From: Minisyncoccota bacterium
GTDB taxonomy: Bacteria; Patescibacteriota; Minisyncoccia; Phycocordibacterales; DASSSU01
Length of the DNA: 64,000 bases
NCBI GenBank assembly: GCA_035708305.1
Contig: DASSSU010000029.1
Location: forward strand, 576-64,575
Direction: 5' to 3'
The notes under the pieces were generated by a model that saw nothing but the letters and a program-made list of their open reading frames with translations, was not told where the DNA came from and made no database searches. This document shows, in pieces, positions 13,268 through 23,811 of the stretch. The stretch's first letter is position 1. Each line of letters starts with the position of its first letter. The position numbers and the translations under genes were made by a program.

Positions 13268-14683
13268 ATGAATACTGAATACAAAGTAACTGTCGGGCTG
13301 GAAGTGCACGCGGAGCTGAAGACAAAAACAAAAATGTTTTGTCGCTCTTTCAACGACCCCGAAGAAAAAAGACCGAACGTGAACGTCTGTCCCGTCTGTA
13401 TGGGGCATCCGGGAACGCTTCCGGTAATCAACAAAGAAGCCGTAAAGCATGTTTTGAAAGTGGGCAAGGCGCTTGGCGGAACCCTCGCGGACTTCACGGA
13501 GTTTGACCGGAAAAATTATTTCTACCCCGACATTCCGAAAGGATACCAGATCAGCCAGTATCAGTACCCGCTTGTTTCGGGCGGAAGTTTGGAAGGGGTG
13601 GAGATCACCCGCGTGCATCTTGAGGAAGATACGGGGACATCACTCCATGACCAGGGGGATTTTTCGCTGGTGAACTACAACCGTGCCGGGGTGCCGCTCA
13701 TGGAGCTGGTGACGGAGCCGGTGGTCAAAGACGCGGAGCACGCCGTTCGTTTCGGGCGGGAATTGCAGCTTCTGCTTCGTACGCTCGGTGTCTCGGAAGC
13801 AAACATGGAAAAGGGGCAGATGCGCGTGGAGGCGAACATTTCCGTGAGCAAAACCGATGCTTTTGGGACGAAAGTGGAGGTGAAAAACTTGAACTCGTTT
13901 CGGGCGGTGGAGCGAGCGATTTTGTACGAAACACAGCGGCAGATTGGCGTGCTTGAAGAAGGCGGAGAAGTGGTGCAGGAAACGCGCGGGTGGAACGAAA
14001 ACAAGAACGAAACATTTTCTCAGAGAAGCAAGGAGAACGCGAATGACTACCGGTATTTTCCCGATCCGGATTTGCCGAAACTCAAAATCAGCGAAGTGTC
14101 GGAATTTCAAAATCTCGAACTCCCGGAACTTCCGTGGGAAAAGCGCGCGCGATACCGCGAGGATTTTGGCTTAAAAGATGAAGACGTGGAAGTGTATCTG
14201 CGCAATCCTTCGTATGCGGATTTTTTTGAGGAAACCATCTCAACTTTTTCGGGCGATGCGGAGAAAACAAAGCTTGCTTCCAACTATCTCACTTCGGACG
14301 TTGCGGGTTTGGCAAAGAACATGCCGGATATTTCACCGTTCCAAAATCTGCAAGCCGCATCTTTTGCGGAGTTGATCGAAATGGCAAAAACGGGCGACGT
14401 TTCTTCCCGCGGTGCAAAGGATATTTTGAAAATTATGTTTTTGGAAGGCGGTAACGCGGCAAAAATTGCGGAAGAAAAAAATCTGCTTCAGCAAAGTGAC
14501 GAGGGTGAACTTTTGAAAATCGTAGAGCAGGTCATTGCGGAAAACGCGAGCGTGGCGGAAGAATATCGCGGCGGAAAAGAAACGTCCCTGAAATACCTCG
14601 TCGGGCAGGGTATGAAAGCGACAACGGGCAGTGCGAACCCGCAAACACTCGAGAAACTTTTGAAGAAAGTATTAGATCGGTAA
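13268..14683 (+). CDS. gatB: Asp/Glu-tRNA amidotransferase subunit B
   Basis: GLEVHAEL.TKTKMFC, FDRKNYFYPD and DYRYFPDPDLP motifs. Confidence 0.98.
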   Translation: MNTEYKVTVGLEVHAELKTKTKMFCRSFNDPEEKRPNVNVCPVCMGHPGTLPVINKEAVKHVLKVGKALGGTLADFTEFDRKNYFYPDIPKGYQISQYQYPLVSGGSLEGVEITRVHLEEDTGTSLHDQGDFSLVNYNRAGVPLMELVTEPVVKDAEHAVRFGRELQLLLRTLGVSEANMEKGQMRVEANISVSKTDAFGTKVEVKNLNSFRAVERAILYETQRQIGVLEEGGEVVQETRGWNENKNETFSQRSKENANDYRYFPDPDLPKLKISEVSEFQNLELPELPWEKRARYREDFGLKDEDVEVYLRNPSYADFFEETISTFSGDAEKTKLASNYLTSDVAGLAKNMPDISPFQNLQAASFAELIEMAKTGDVSSRGAKDILKIMFLEGGNAAKIAEEKNLLQQSDEGELLKIVEQVIAENASVAEEYRGGKETSLKYLVGQGMKATTGSANPQTLEKLLKKVLDR

Positions 14684-14890
14684 TTTCTTTCTTTCAATTC
14701 AAACCATGGAGAAGAATTTCGGACTCTTCGTTTGAAAAAATTCAAGATTTTGCACCTCCTGTGGAGAAAAGTGTTTTGACAGCGCTCAAAGTTGGTATAA
14801 TGAATTTAAGAGCTTTGCGGGCACAGAAAGCAGCTGTCTTTGCTGTTGTTCGCGATCCATTTTTATAAATTTTTTAAAAGTTTTTAGAAT

Positions 14891-15922
14891 ATGAAAATTG
14901 CTATTAACGGTTTGGGGAGAATCGGGCGCGCTTTTCTTAAAAATGCCATCACGCGCGACGGAGTGGAAATTTCTGCAGTGAATGATTTGGGGGACTTGGA
15001 AAACCTTGCGTATCTTTTGAAGTATGATACAGCCTACGGCGTCAGTGACTTTGATGTGCACGTGGAGGACGAAGGAGAGGTCAAGCATTTGGTGGTTGGT
15101 GGGCGAAAAATCCGTTTTCTTTCTGTGCGTGACCCGGAGGAGCTTCCGTGGCGTGATTTTGGTATTGATGTAGTTCTTGAATCAACCGGCTTCTTTACGC
15201 ACTATGAAGACGCGCAGAAGCATCTGAGAGCTGGAGCAAAGAAAGTGGTGATTTCCGCACCAGCAAAAGGCACGCCGGTGGATGGTGTAGAAGCTGGAAC
15301 GGTACTCATGGGAATCAACGAAGGCAAGCTCTCGGAATATCAGATTTCTTCCAACGCTTCATGCACGACCAACTCATCCAGCCCGCTGATTCAAATTCTT
15401 CATGAGGCAATCGGCATTGAAAAGGCGCTGCTCACAACCATCCACGGCTACACCGCAACGCAGAAGATTGTTGACGCGCCGGACAAGAAGGATTATCGTC
15501 GGGGCCGTGCAGCGGCGATGAATATCATACCGACATCTACCGGTGCCGCTGTTGCAGTGACTCAGGTGGTGACCGACTTGCAGGATAAATTTGATGGAAT
15601 TGCTATGCGAGTACCGGTGGTGGTGGGTTCGATTTCCGACATCACCTTTATTGCCAAACGCAACACGAGTGCAGAAGAAGTGAATGAGATATTTAGAAAA
15701 GCGGCCGGTGAAGATCGCTGGAAAAAAACCTTTGCGGTAACAGATGAGCCACTAGTTTCTTCGGATATCATTGGCAACACCCACGCTTCTATCGCCGACC
15801 TTGGTTTGACTCGTGTGGTGGACGGGAATCTGGTGAAAGTCTGCGCATGGTATGACAACGAGTGGGGGTATACCAACTCGCTGGTGGAGCATGTACTGAT
15901 TGCCGGAAGCCATCTTTCATAG
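14891..15922 (+). CDS. gap: Type I glyceraldehyde-3-phosphate dehydrogenase
   Basis: INGLGRIGR, SNASCTTN and WYDNEWGY motifs. Confidence 0.98.
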   Translation: MKIAINGLGRIGRAFLKNAITRDGVEISAVNDLGDLENLAYLLKYDTAYGVSDFDVHVEDEGEVKHLVVGGRKIRFLSVRDPEELPWRDFGIDVVLESTGFFTHYEDAQKHLRAGAKKVVISAPAKGTPVDGVEAGTVLMGINEGKLSEYQISSNASCTTNSSSPLIQILHEAIGIEKALLTTIHGYTATQKIVDAPDKKDYRRGRAAAMNIIPTSTGAAVAVTQVVTDLQDKFDGIAMRVPVVVGSISDITFIAKRNTSAEEVNEIFRKAAGEDRWKKTFAVTDEPLVSSDIIGNTHASIADLGLTRVVDGNLVKVCAWYDNEWGYTNSLVEHVLIAGSHLS

Positions 15923-15980
15923 TTCTCAGAAATTTGCTTTCGGAGAGAAACGGAAACTTTTACTGGGCAGCATATTCACC

Positions 15981-16442
15981 ATGAAAATTTTTATTGCCAC
16001 TGACCATGCTGGGTTCGAAATGAAGGAAGAACTCGTGTCTTTCTTGCGAGCTTCCGGGCATGAAACGGAAGATTGCGGTGCATACGAGTACCATGAGACG
16101 GATGATTATCCGGACTTCATTTCTCAAGCGGCAAAAAAAGTTTCTGAAAATTCGAGTGACAAAAACATCCGCGGAATTATTCTTGGCGGCTCGGGTGAGG
16201 GGGAAGCGATGGTAGCCAACCGCTTTCCGCATGTGCGGGCAACCGCGTACTACGGCGGAAGCTTGGAGATTGTCAAGCTTTCGCGCGAGCACAACGACGC
16301 CAACATTCTTTCTCTTGGCGCGCGCTTTCTTTCCGCCGATGAAGCGAAAGAAGCGGTGTCGCTCTGGCTGGAAACGGATTTTTCCGACGAAGAAAGGCAC
16401 GTGCGGAGGATAGAGAAGATAGATCAGCTGAGAGTCTCGTAG
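15981..16442 (+). CDS. rpiB: Ribose-5-phosphate isomerase B
   Basis: DHAG, DDYPD and REHNDANIL motifs. Confidence 0.93.
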   Translation: MKIFIATDHAGFEMKEELVSFLRASGHETEDCGAYEYHETDDYPDFISQAAKKVSENSSDKNIRGIILGGSGEGEAMVANRFPHVRATAYYGGSLEIVKLSREHNDANILSLGARFLSADEAKEAVSLWLETDFSDEERHVRRIEKIDQLRVS

Positions 16443-16576
16443 TTTTCTTTTTCCGAGAATTTGGCAAGGAATTCTTTTCAAAGTTGCCGGCTTCACAAGA
16501 AAAGAAATTTCTTTGTGCAAAGATTCTCAAATTTAAAAGAACTTTGCTTCCAGATTTTAGAGAATTTATAAAAATA

Positions 16577-17296
16577 ATGGATATCATCCCAGCCATCATT
16601 CCTGAAAGTTTTGAGGACCTCGCCGGAAAATTGCGGCAGGTCAAAGGTCTCACGAAAACCGTGCAGATCGATATCACGGATGGAAAATTTGTTCCAGACG
16701 CATGTTGGCCTTTTACGGACGCATTGGCGTGGAGTGAATTTGAGCGGGTGGTGGCCGGAGAAGAAGGATTGCCGTTCTGGGAGGATTTTGATTTTGAAGC
16801 AGATCTCATGATCGAATTTCCCGAGCGAAATCCAGATGCTTGGATTGCGGCAGGATTTTCGCGCGTTGTACTTCACGTGGAATCTACAAAAAACCTCGCC
16901 GCTGCTTTGGAGGTGCTGTACGGACGCGTCGAAATCGGTCTGGCGCTCAACATCGCCACATCGGAAACAGCACTTGAACCCTTCATGGAAAAAGCGGATT
17001 TCATCCAGTGCATGGGAATCGAAACCATCGGCTTTCAGGGGCAACCCTTTGATGAAAGAGTTATCCCCAAAATCAAAGCTTTCCGCAAGCGTTACCCGGG
17101 TGTTACAATCAGTGTTGATGGCGGAGTCAGCCTTGCAAGCATTTCCAAGCTTGAAGACGCGGGTGCTTCACGCTTTATTTCCGGATCGGCAGTTTTTGGA
17201 ACAGGGAACCCAGCAAAAGCAATACGAGAGCTCATGGCGGCGGGAGAGCACACCGAATCAGGTGAGAGAGAAACAAAAAATTCATCTCATCAATAG
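16577..17296 (+). CDS. rpe: Ribulose-phosphate 3-epimerase (divergent)
   Basis: IIPAI, QIDITDGKFVP, GFQGQPF and VDGG motifs; operon context. Confidence 0.85.
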   Translation: MDIIPAIIPESFEDLAGKLRQVKGLTKTVQIDITDGKFVPDACWPFTDALAWSEFERVVAGEEGLPFWEDFDFEADLMIEFPERNPDAWIAAGFSRVVLHVESTKNLAAALEVLYGRVEIGLALNIATSETALEPFMEKADFIQCMGIETIGFQGQPFDERVIPKIKAFRKRYPGVTISVDGGVSLASISKLEDAGASRFISGSAVFGTGNPAKAIRELMAAGEHTESGERETKNSSHQ

Positions 17297-17329
17297 TTTC
17301 AAACTTTCTCTTTAATATATTTTGATAGT

Positions 17330-18190
17330 ATGTCTTATCTTCACGACGAAAAACTCCTCGAACTTGAAGAAAAAGCGAATCTTCTTCGTCAGTCTGTGAT
17401 AGAAACCCTCCTTGAAGCCGGTTCGGGACACACGGCCGGGCCGCTTGGCATGGCGGATATTTTCACCGCTTTTTATTTCCATATTCTGAACCATGATCCG
17501 AAAAACCCCGACTGGGAAGACCGCGATCGTCTGATTCTCTCAAACGGACACATTGTTCCAATTCGCTATGTTGCTATGGCACACGCCGGGTATTTTCCCC
17601 TGGAAGAACTCAAAACATTGCGTAAATTTGGAAGTCGTTTGCAGGGTCATCCAGAACGTACACGACTTCCCGGACTTGAGACCACGTCCGGTCCACTTGG
17701 GTCGGGACTTTCGCAGGCGGCCGGGATTGCCTACGGCGCACGGATGGATGGGAAAAAGTTCCGTACGTATTGTCTTATGTCTGACGGCGAGTGCGACGCG
17801 GGAAATATTTGGGAAGGCGCTATGTTTGCGGCTGCCAACAATCTTTCCAACCTTACGGCCGTGATCGACCGCAACAACATTCAGATCAATGGAATGACTG
17901 AAGATGTTATGCCGCTTGATTCACTCCGGGAGAAGTATGAAGCATTTGGCTGGCATGTGATTGAGGTGGACGGACACAACATTGAGGTGTTTGTAGATGC
18001 GGTGGACGAAGCAAAGGCGATTTACGAAAAGCCGACGATGATTATTGCGCACACGATCCCCGGCAAAGGTATCAAAGAAATTGAGTTTGATTATGAGTGG
18101 CACGGAAAGCCACCGACGGAAGCAGAAGCGAAAAAATTTTTGGCAGAGCTGCGCACGCTCGGGGGGAAAATAATGAGTGAGCATGAGTAA
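17330..18190 (+). CDS. Transketolase, N-terminal subunit
   Basis: GSGH, DRLILSNGH and LQGHP motifs; SDGE ThDP motif. Confidence 0.95.
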   Translation: MSYLHDEKLLELEEKANLLRQSVIETLLEAGSGHTAGPLGMADIFTAFYFHILNHDPKNPDWEDRDRLILSNGHIVPIRYVAMAHAGYFPLEELKTLRKFGSRLQGHPERTRLPGLETTSGPLGSGLSQAAGIAYGARMDGKKFRTYCLMSDGECDAGNIWEGAMFAAANNLSNLTAVIDRNNIQINGMTEDVMPLDSLREKYEAFGWHVIEVDGHNIEVFVDAVDEAKAIYEKPTMIIAHTIPGKGIKEIEFDYEWHGKPPTEAEAKKFLAELRTLGGKIMSEHE

Positions 18191-18191
18191 T

Positions 18192-19187
18192 ATGATAAAA
18201 GAAGAGCAACATCTGGCGGAAAATATTTTTGATACGGATGCACTTCCGAAAGGTCCAACACGTGATGGTTTTGGAAAAGGGCTCGTTGAGGCAGCGGAAA
18301 AAGACGAGCGTGTGGTAGCCTTGTGTGCCGATCTGGCCGAGTCCACGCGTACGCTTTGGTTTAAAGAAAAGTTTCCCGAGCGGTATATTGAAATTGGTGT
18401 CGCAGAGCAGAACCTTGCTACCGTGGCTTCCGGTTTGGCGAATTACGGAAAAATCCCGTTCATCACTTCTTATGCGGCGTTCAGTCCGGGAAGAAACAAT
18501 GAGCAAATCCGCACAACGATTTCACTCAACAACGTTCCGGTGATTATTGCCGGAGCGCACGCGGGAGTGTCTGTTGGTCCCGACGGCGCGACCCATCAGC
18601 AGCTGGAAGACATTGCTCTCATGCGCGTACAGCCAAACATGACTGTGGTAGTCCCGGCGGACGTTGAAGAGGCACGCAAGGCAACTATCGCCGCCGCTTC
18701 CTATGGCAAACCGATTTATCTTCGTTTTGCGCGTTCCGGGACGCCTATTTTTACGACTCCCGAAACTCCATTTGAGATCGGAAAGGCAAATATCCTGTGG
18801 GATGATGACCGACCGGAAGCTGCTTTGGTTGCCGTGGGCCCCCTGGTTCACCATGCTCTTTTGGCAGCAAAGGAACTTGAAGCGGAGGGGATCCGGGTGA
18901 TGGTTGTGAACAACCACACCGTGAAACCAATGGACGAAAGGTGTATGATAGAAGCAGCCAAAAAGGCCGGCGCGGTGGTTCCAATTGAGGAACACCAAGT
19001 TTCTGGTGGCATGGGGTCCGCAGTTGCGGAAATTTTGTCCCAAAATTATCCCGTCCCAATGCAGTTTGTAGGTGTGCATGACGCATTTGGGCAGTCCGGC
19101 GAGCCGGATCAGCTTTTGGAATATTACGGAATGGGAGTAGGGTCAATTAAGGACGCCGTACGGCAGGTTATTGCCAGGAAAAAATAG
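18192..19187 (+). CDS. Transketolase, C-terminal subunit (start could be 18177-18192)
   Basis: GVAEQN, GPDGATHQ and EEHQ..GG motifs. Confidence 0.95.
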   Translation: MIKEEQHLAENIFDTDALPKGPTRDGFGKGLVEAAEKDERVVALCADLAESTRTLWFKEKFPERYIEIGVAEQNLATVASGLANYGKIPFITSYAAFSPGRNNEQIRTTISLNNVPVIIAGAHAGVSVGPDGATHQQLEDIALMRVQPNMTVVVPADVEEARKATIAAASYGKPIYLRFARSGTPIFTTPETPFEIGKANILWDDDRPEAALVAVGPLVHHALLAAKELEAEGIRVMVVNNHTVKPMDERCMIEAAKKAGAVVPIEEHQVSGGMGSAVAEILSQNYPVPMQFVGVHDAFGQSGEPDQLLEYYGMGVGSIKDAVRQVIARKK

Positions 19188-19204
19188 TTTTAATTTTCAC
19201 CGTC

Positions 19205-20011
19205 ATGATTTCTTTTTTCAAGGTTCATCGCAGGAAATCCCTTCTGTACCTCGGAGCGCTCGTACTTCTCGCCGCTTTTATATTTTCCATTTTCTTTCTC
19301 ACGGCTTCTTTAAACCGCGCTGATGCTGCTTCTACCGGAGCTGCCATTGTATCCGCTTCACCCTGTCATGCTTTCACTTCTTCCAATTTTCCTTTGAATC
19401 AGCCGGGATATGAAAATTTTGGTGTTCCATATGACGTAACCACATCGTCCAACTCTTTGCTCATTTCCATTTTGTGCTATAGCGATCAGTACTACATGAA
19501 TGTTGGGTTTGGTAACACCCAAAATTACATTTGGAAGCAGGCGTACATCACCACTCCTTCCGCTGGGTATGCCGCGTATCAAAGCGCCGTGAGTCACGGC
19601 AATGATGCCTGGTGTGCCTCTACCACTACTAAAAACAGCGATGGAACATATCTGCAAAAATGCACGAAAAATGGCGCATCCTTCACCCTCTCCTGTCCGT
19701 ATGAGATGAGTCCCAGTGAAAACTATGTCGGAGAAGGGGCGGTGGGATTTCAAGACAGCTGTGTGTACCAAGGCAGTAAGCTCGAGTGGAAGCCAGTGAC
19801 ACTTCAGGGTCCAAATTCCAACCAAGGATGGTTCATTGGCAACGCGTACGCGCAAATCACCAAAGACAGCAGTTACCCTGCCACTGATCCCACATATTTC
19901 TTGGCATATACTTGCAGCTGGACTGGACAGTGGAAGTGCGGGTGCCGAACTGCATCGACCTGTACTGCAGAGGGGCAATGGCAGCTTCAGGAAGTTCCTC
20001 CTGAAAAGTAA
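19205..20011 (+). CDS. Membrane-anchored or secreted Cys-rich surface protein
   Basis: N-terminal TM; many Cys; C-terminal YTC..WKCGCR...C...WQLQ. Confidence 0.6.
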   Translation: MISFFKVHRRKSLLYLGALVLLAAFIFSIFFLTASLNRADAASTGAAIVSASPCHAFTSSNFPLNQPGYENFGVPYDVTTSSNSLLISILCYSDQYYMNVGFGNTQNYIWKQAYITTPSAGYAAYQSAVSHGNDAWCASTTTKNSDGTYLQKCTKNGASFTLSCPYEMSPSENYVGEGAVGFQDSCVYQGSKLEWKPVTLQGPNSNQGWFIGNAYAQITKDSSYPATDPTYFLAYTCSWTGQWKCGCRTASTCTAEGQWQLQEVPPEK

Positions 20012-20022
20012 AGCATGATCCC

Positions 20023-20733
20023 ATGACCAATGAAATCCGCACTGTCCTTATAAAACTTTCAGGAGAAGCACTTGCTCGTGATGGAGAAAAATATTCCACT
20101 CAGGTTCTGGAGAGCATCGCTTCACAGATCTCCAAGCTTTTGGAAAAAAATTTAAAGATTGCTCTTGTGTGCGGTGGTGGAAATCTGTTTCGGGGAAGGG
20201 ATCTGGTAGATTCACATCTTGCTATCTCACGCGCAACAGCAGACTACATTGGCATGCTCGCTACGCTTCAGAACGCCCTCGTGCTTCGTGATGATTTTGA
20301 AAGTAAAGGAATCCCTACACGAGTTCTTTCGGCCATCAGCGTTCCTCAGCTTTGTGAGCCGTATATTCCAAACCGAGGGAAACGGCACATGGAAAAAGGG
20401 CGTGTGGTTATTTTTGCAGCAGGATTGGGCGTTCCTTTCTTTACTACTGATACTACAGCGGTAGAACGATCGCTTGAGATCGGCGCAGATCTTCTGGTTT
20501 TGGCCAAGCACGGCGTAAACGGACTCTACACGGCGGATCCCAAGCACGATCCCTCTGCAGAAAAGATTCACCAAACAAGCTGTACAGAAATTCTTGAGAA
20601 AAACTTCAAAGTGGCAGATGGTTCGGCTATTGCTCTGGCAAAGGACAACAACCTTCCCATGAAAATCGTTGCCGTGGAAGATATTGAAAACATTTTGGAT
20701 GAAAACACCGGATCGTATGTTGAACCGCACTAA
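20023..20733 (+). CDS. pyrH: UMP kinase
   Basis: KLSGEAL, GGGNLFRG, ADYIGMLAT and PFFTTDT motifs. Confidence 0.95.
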   Translation: MTNEIRTVLIKLSGEALARDGEKYSTQVLESIASQISKLLEKNLKIALVCGGGNLFRGRDLVDSHLAISRATADYIGMLATLQNALVLRDDFESKGIPTRVLSAISVPQLCEPYIPNRGKRHMEKGRVVIFAAGLGVPFFTTDTTAVERSLEIGADLLVLAKHGVNGLYTADPKHDPSAEKIHQTSCTEILEKNFKVADGSAIALAKDNNLPMKIVAVEDIENILDENTGSYVEPH

Positions 20734-22798
20734 TCTTAAAACACTGACAGAAAACAATCTCTTTCCATCCAAAGCGCCCAAAATCCCTTCCTCGCTTCAG
20801 GTGCACGGAATAGATCTTCCAGATGATTACGCTTGGCTTCGGGACAGAGACAATCCGGAAGTGAAACGGTACCTGGAGGAGGAAAATTCCTACACGGAAA
20901 AAATGATGCAGAGCAAGGAGCATCTTCAGGAAATGCTCTTTCGGGAGATGAAAGCCCGGATCAAGGAAAACGACCAGTCTGTTCCGGTACAAATAGACAA
21001 TTATTTTTATTATTTTCGCACGGAAAAAGAAAAGCAATACGCTTTTTTCTGTCGCAAGAAAGATTCTCTTCAGTCGGAAGAAGAAATCATCCTTGACGAA
21101 AACCAGGAAGCGGAAGGGCATGAGTTTTTTGGCCTTGGGTTTTTTGAAGTGAGTCCCGATCACAAAAAGCTTGCATACTCTTTCAGTCTCGACGGTTCGG
21201 ACCAGTATACGGCGGTGGTGAAAAACCTCGAGTCAGGGGAACTCTATCCGGAAAAAATAGAAAACGTAAGCACTTCGCTTGAGTGGAACAACGATTCCAA
21301 ACAGTTTTTTTATACCACGCTGGACGAGACACTGCGCCCGAACCAAGTTTTCCGTCATGCACTTGGAGAATCACCCGATCAAGATGTGCTCATTTACCAA
21401 GAGCCGGATGAGAAATTTTCGGTTGGTGTATCCAAAACCCGCAGCAAAAAATATATTTTTATTGACATCGGAAGCAAAATGACCACGGAAGTGCGGTATT
21501 TTGATGCTTCAAGTGACGGTTCTGGTGCTGCGATTTTTCATCCACGCGAGTCCAGCCATGAGTACTTCATCGACCATCGCGGTGAAGACTTCTACATTTT
21601 GACCAACGATCAAGCCGAGAACTTTCGCCTGATGAAAACGCCGGTGTCTCAGACCGGCAAAGAACACTGGCAGGAAATCATCCCGCACCGCGAGGAAGTG
21701 AAGCTTTCGGGGATGGATCTTTTCTCTCGCCACATGGTGGTGTACGAACTCAGAGAAGGGGTGGAGAGTCTGAAGGTGCGGAATTTGGAAACCGACGAAA
21801 TACACGTGATTGATTTTCCTGAAGAAGTGTATTCCGCGGGAGGTTCCGCAAACCCCAACTTCGATACCAACATTTTCCGTTTTTCGTACACGTCTTTTAT
21901 CACGCCGGCTTCTGTTTTTTCCTACAACATGGATACGCGGGAAAGGGAGCTTCTGAAAGAGGATGAAGTTTTGGGAGGGTACGATGCGAACGAATACGCG
22001 TCGGAGAGAATCTACGCTGATGCATCGGACGGTACCCGGATCCCAATTTCTGTGGTGTACAGGAAAAGCCTGAAGGCAAACGGCACCAATCCGCTTTGGC
22101 TTACGGGTTACGGTGCCTATGGCATTATGATCCGGCCGGGGTTTAGTAAAACGAGACTCTCGCTCCTTGATCGTGGATATATTTTTGCGGTGGCACATGT
22201 GCGCGGCGGAGGAGAAGGAGGCGAGCCATGGCGCAACGGCGGCAAGTTTCTGAAAAAGAAAAACACGTTTACGGATTTCATTGCTTGTGCGGAAAAGATC
22301 CTTGAGAGCGGCTACACGACGCGCGAAAAACTGCTCATTTCCGGAGGGAGTGCTGGGGGCCTTTTGATCGGTGCCGTGCTCAACATGCGCCCGGATCTTT
22401 TCGGGGCGGCGATCGCGGACGTTCCGTTTGTTGACGCGCTTCGAACCATGCTCGACCCCACGCTCCCACTTACCGTGGGCGAGTACGAGGAGTGGGGAAA
22501 TCCCCAAGAGAAAGAATATTTTGATGCGATCCGTGAGTATGCGCCGTATGAAAATGTTCGGGTGCAGGATTACCCGGCGATACTCGTGCAGACCGGCTTG
22601 AATGACACGCGAGTTGGCTACTGGGAACCGGCGAAGTGGGTAGCGAAACTCCGCGAGATGAAGACAGATAAAAATCCGCTTCTTTTCAAAATACAAATGG
22701 GTGCAGGACATTCCGGCGCCTCAGGACGCTACGATGCTCTCAAAGAAATTGCTTTCGAGTACGCATTTGCACTCAGCATCTTTGGTGTTGAAAAATAG
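20717..22798 (+). CDS. ptrB: Oligopeptidase B (S9A), start approximate
   Basis: DDYAWLRD, GGSAGG, EYEEWGNP and GH.G.SGRY motifs. Confidence 0.93.
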   Translation: MLNRTNLKTLTENNLFPSKAPKIPSSLQVHGIDLPDDYAWLRDRDNPEVKRYLEEENSYTEKMMQSKEHLQEMLFREMKARIKENDQSVPVQIDNYFYYFRTEKEKQYAFFCRKKDSLQSEEEIILDENQEAEGHEFFGLGFFEVSPDHKKLAYSFSLDGSDQYTAVVKNLESGELYPEKIENVSTSLEWNNDSKQFFYTTLDETLRPNQVFRHALGESPDQDVLIYQEPDEKFSVGVSKTRSKKYIFIDIGSKMTTEVRYFDASSDGSGAAIFHPRESSHEYFIDHRGEDFYILTNDQAENFRLMKTPVSQTGKEHWQEIIPHREEVKLSGMDLFSRHMVVYELREGVESLKVRNLETDEIHVIDFPEEVYSAGGSANPNFDTNIFRFSYTSFITPASVFSYNMDTRERELLKEDEVLGGYDANEYASERIYADASDGTRIPISVVYRKSLKANGTNPLWLTGYGAYGIMIRPGFSKTRLSLLDRGYIFAVAHVRGGGEGGEPWRNGGKFLKKKNTFTDFIACAEKILESGYTTREKLLISGGSAGGLLIGAVLNMRPDLFGAAIADVPFVDALRTMLDPTLPLTVGEYEEWGNPQEKEYFDAIREYAPYENVRVQDYPAILVQTGLNDTRVGYWEPAKWVAKLREMKTDKNPLLFKIQMGAGHSGASGRYDALKEIAFEYAFALSIFGVEK

Positions 22799-22825
22799 AA
22801 TGAGAAGCTTTTCTTTTCATGTTTG

Positions 22826-22897
22826 AGAAAGCCTTCGGAGTCATTCTTTTCTCGTGAAGTCCACAAACTTCGAAAAGAATGACTCCGAAGGCTTTCT
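22826..22897. repeat. Long inverted repeat with TCGTGAAGYCCACAAACTTC core
   Basis: 26-bp arms; core recurs at 23527 and, on the minus strand, at 34849-34875. Confidence 0.85.
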
Positions 22898-22925
22898 TGG
22901 ATAAAACGCTGATAAAAATAAAAAC

Positions 22926-23495
22926 ATGGAACAGGATAATTTTCAGGAAATCTTAAAGAAAGGCGGTATTGGTGTGCTGCCGACCGATACGCTGTATGGT
23001 CTGGTGGGAAGTGCGTTTTTACCGGAAGCGGTGGAACGAATTTATGAAGCTAAAAGGCGAGACAAGTCAAAGCCTTTGATTGTGCTTCTTTCAAATACTC
23101 AAGACTTGGAGTGGTTTGGTGCGGATGTTTCTTCTTTTTGGAAAGAACACGAAAAGCGGCTTGCGGAAATTTGGCCGGGGAAAGTGAGCGTGCTTTTTCC
23201 GTGCAATGATGAAGTATTCTCGTATTTGCACCGAGAGACAAAAGAAATTGCATTCCGTCTGCCGGACGTGGAATTTCTTCGCGGGCTGCTCGCGGGAACC
23301 GGCCCACTTGTTGCCCCATCGGCCAACCCGGAAGGGCTTCCGCCGGCAAAAAACATCGCAGAAGCAAAAGAATATTTTGGCGACAGGGTAGATTTTTACG
23401 AAGATGGCGGAGAGATGGTGTCGGACCCCTCAACACTCATCCGTTTCGAAGGCGGGGAAGTGAAGGTGCTCCGTGAAGGCGCGGTAAAGTTCTGA
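22926..23495 (+). CDS. tsaC: L-threonylcarbamoyladenylate synthase (YrdC/Sua5)
   Basis: PTDTLYGL, K.R...KPL, WPG and PSANPEG motifs. Confidence 0.93.
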   Translation: MEQDNFQEILKKGGIGVLPTDTLYGLVGSAFLPEAVERIYEAKRRDKSKPLIVLLSNTQDLEWFGADVSSFWKEHEKRLAEIWPGKVSVLFPCNDEVFSYLHRETKEIAFRLPDVEFLRGLLAGTGPLVAPSANPEGLPPAKNIAEAKEYFGDRVDFYEDGGEMVSDPSTLIRFEGGEVKVLREGAVKF

Positions 23496-23502
23496 TTCAT
23501 CA

Positions 23503-23570
23503 AAAATCTCTCCGGTTGCCCTTTTTTCGTGAAGCCCACAAACTTCAAAAAGGACAACCAGAGAGATTTT
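23503..23570. repeat. Inverted repeat with TCGTGAAGCCCACAAACTTC core
   Basis: AAAATCTCTCCGGTTG/CAACCAGAGAGATTTT arms around the shared core. Confidence 0.8.
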
Positions 23571-23811
23571 GTATTTCAAGCTACCTGTGGAAAAAAGCTT
23601 GCATTTTTTGAAAAAAGGGGTAGATTAAAAAGGTATGAAGAAACACGGAAACAGCGTCATTATTCTACCGAGAACGACTGCTTCAGCCGGTGTTTCCGCA
23701 TACAGGTAGAATTTCCGAGAAAATCAGAAAAGCTACCAAAAAGAGAACCCGGCACAGCGCCGGGATTTTTGTTCTTTCTTGTTCTTTGTAAAGAAAAAGG
23801 AAAGGTGATAT

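Noticed and set aside
21509-22711. Long antisense ORFs (also 41975-43048, 44093-45187, 47341-48288)
   Set aside because: They are opposite well-supported genes and are explained by codon bias.
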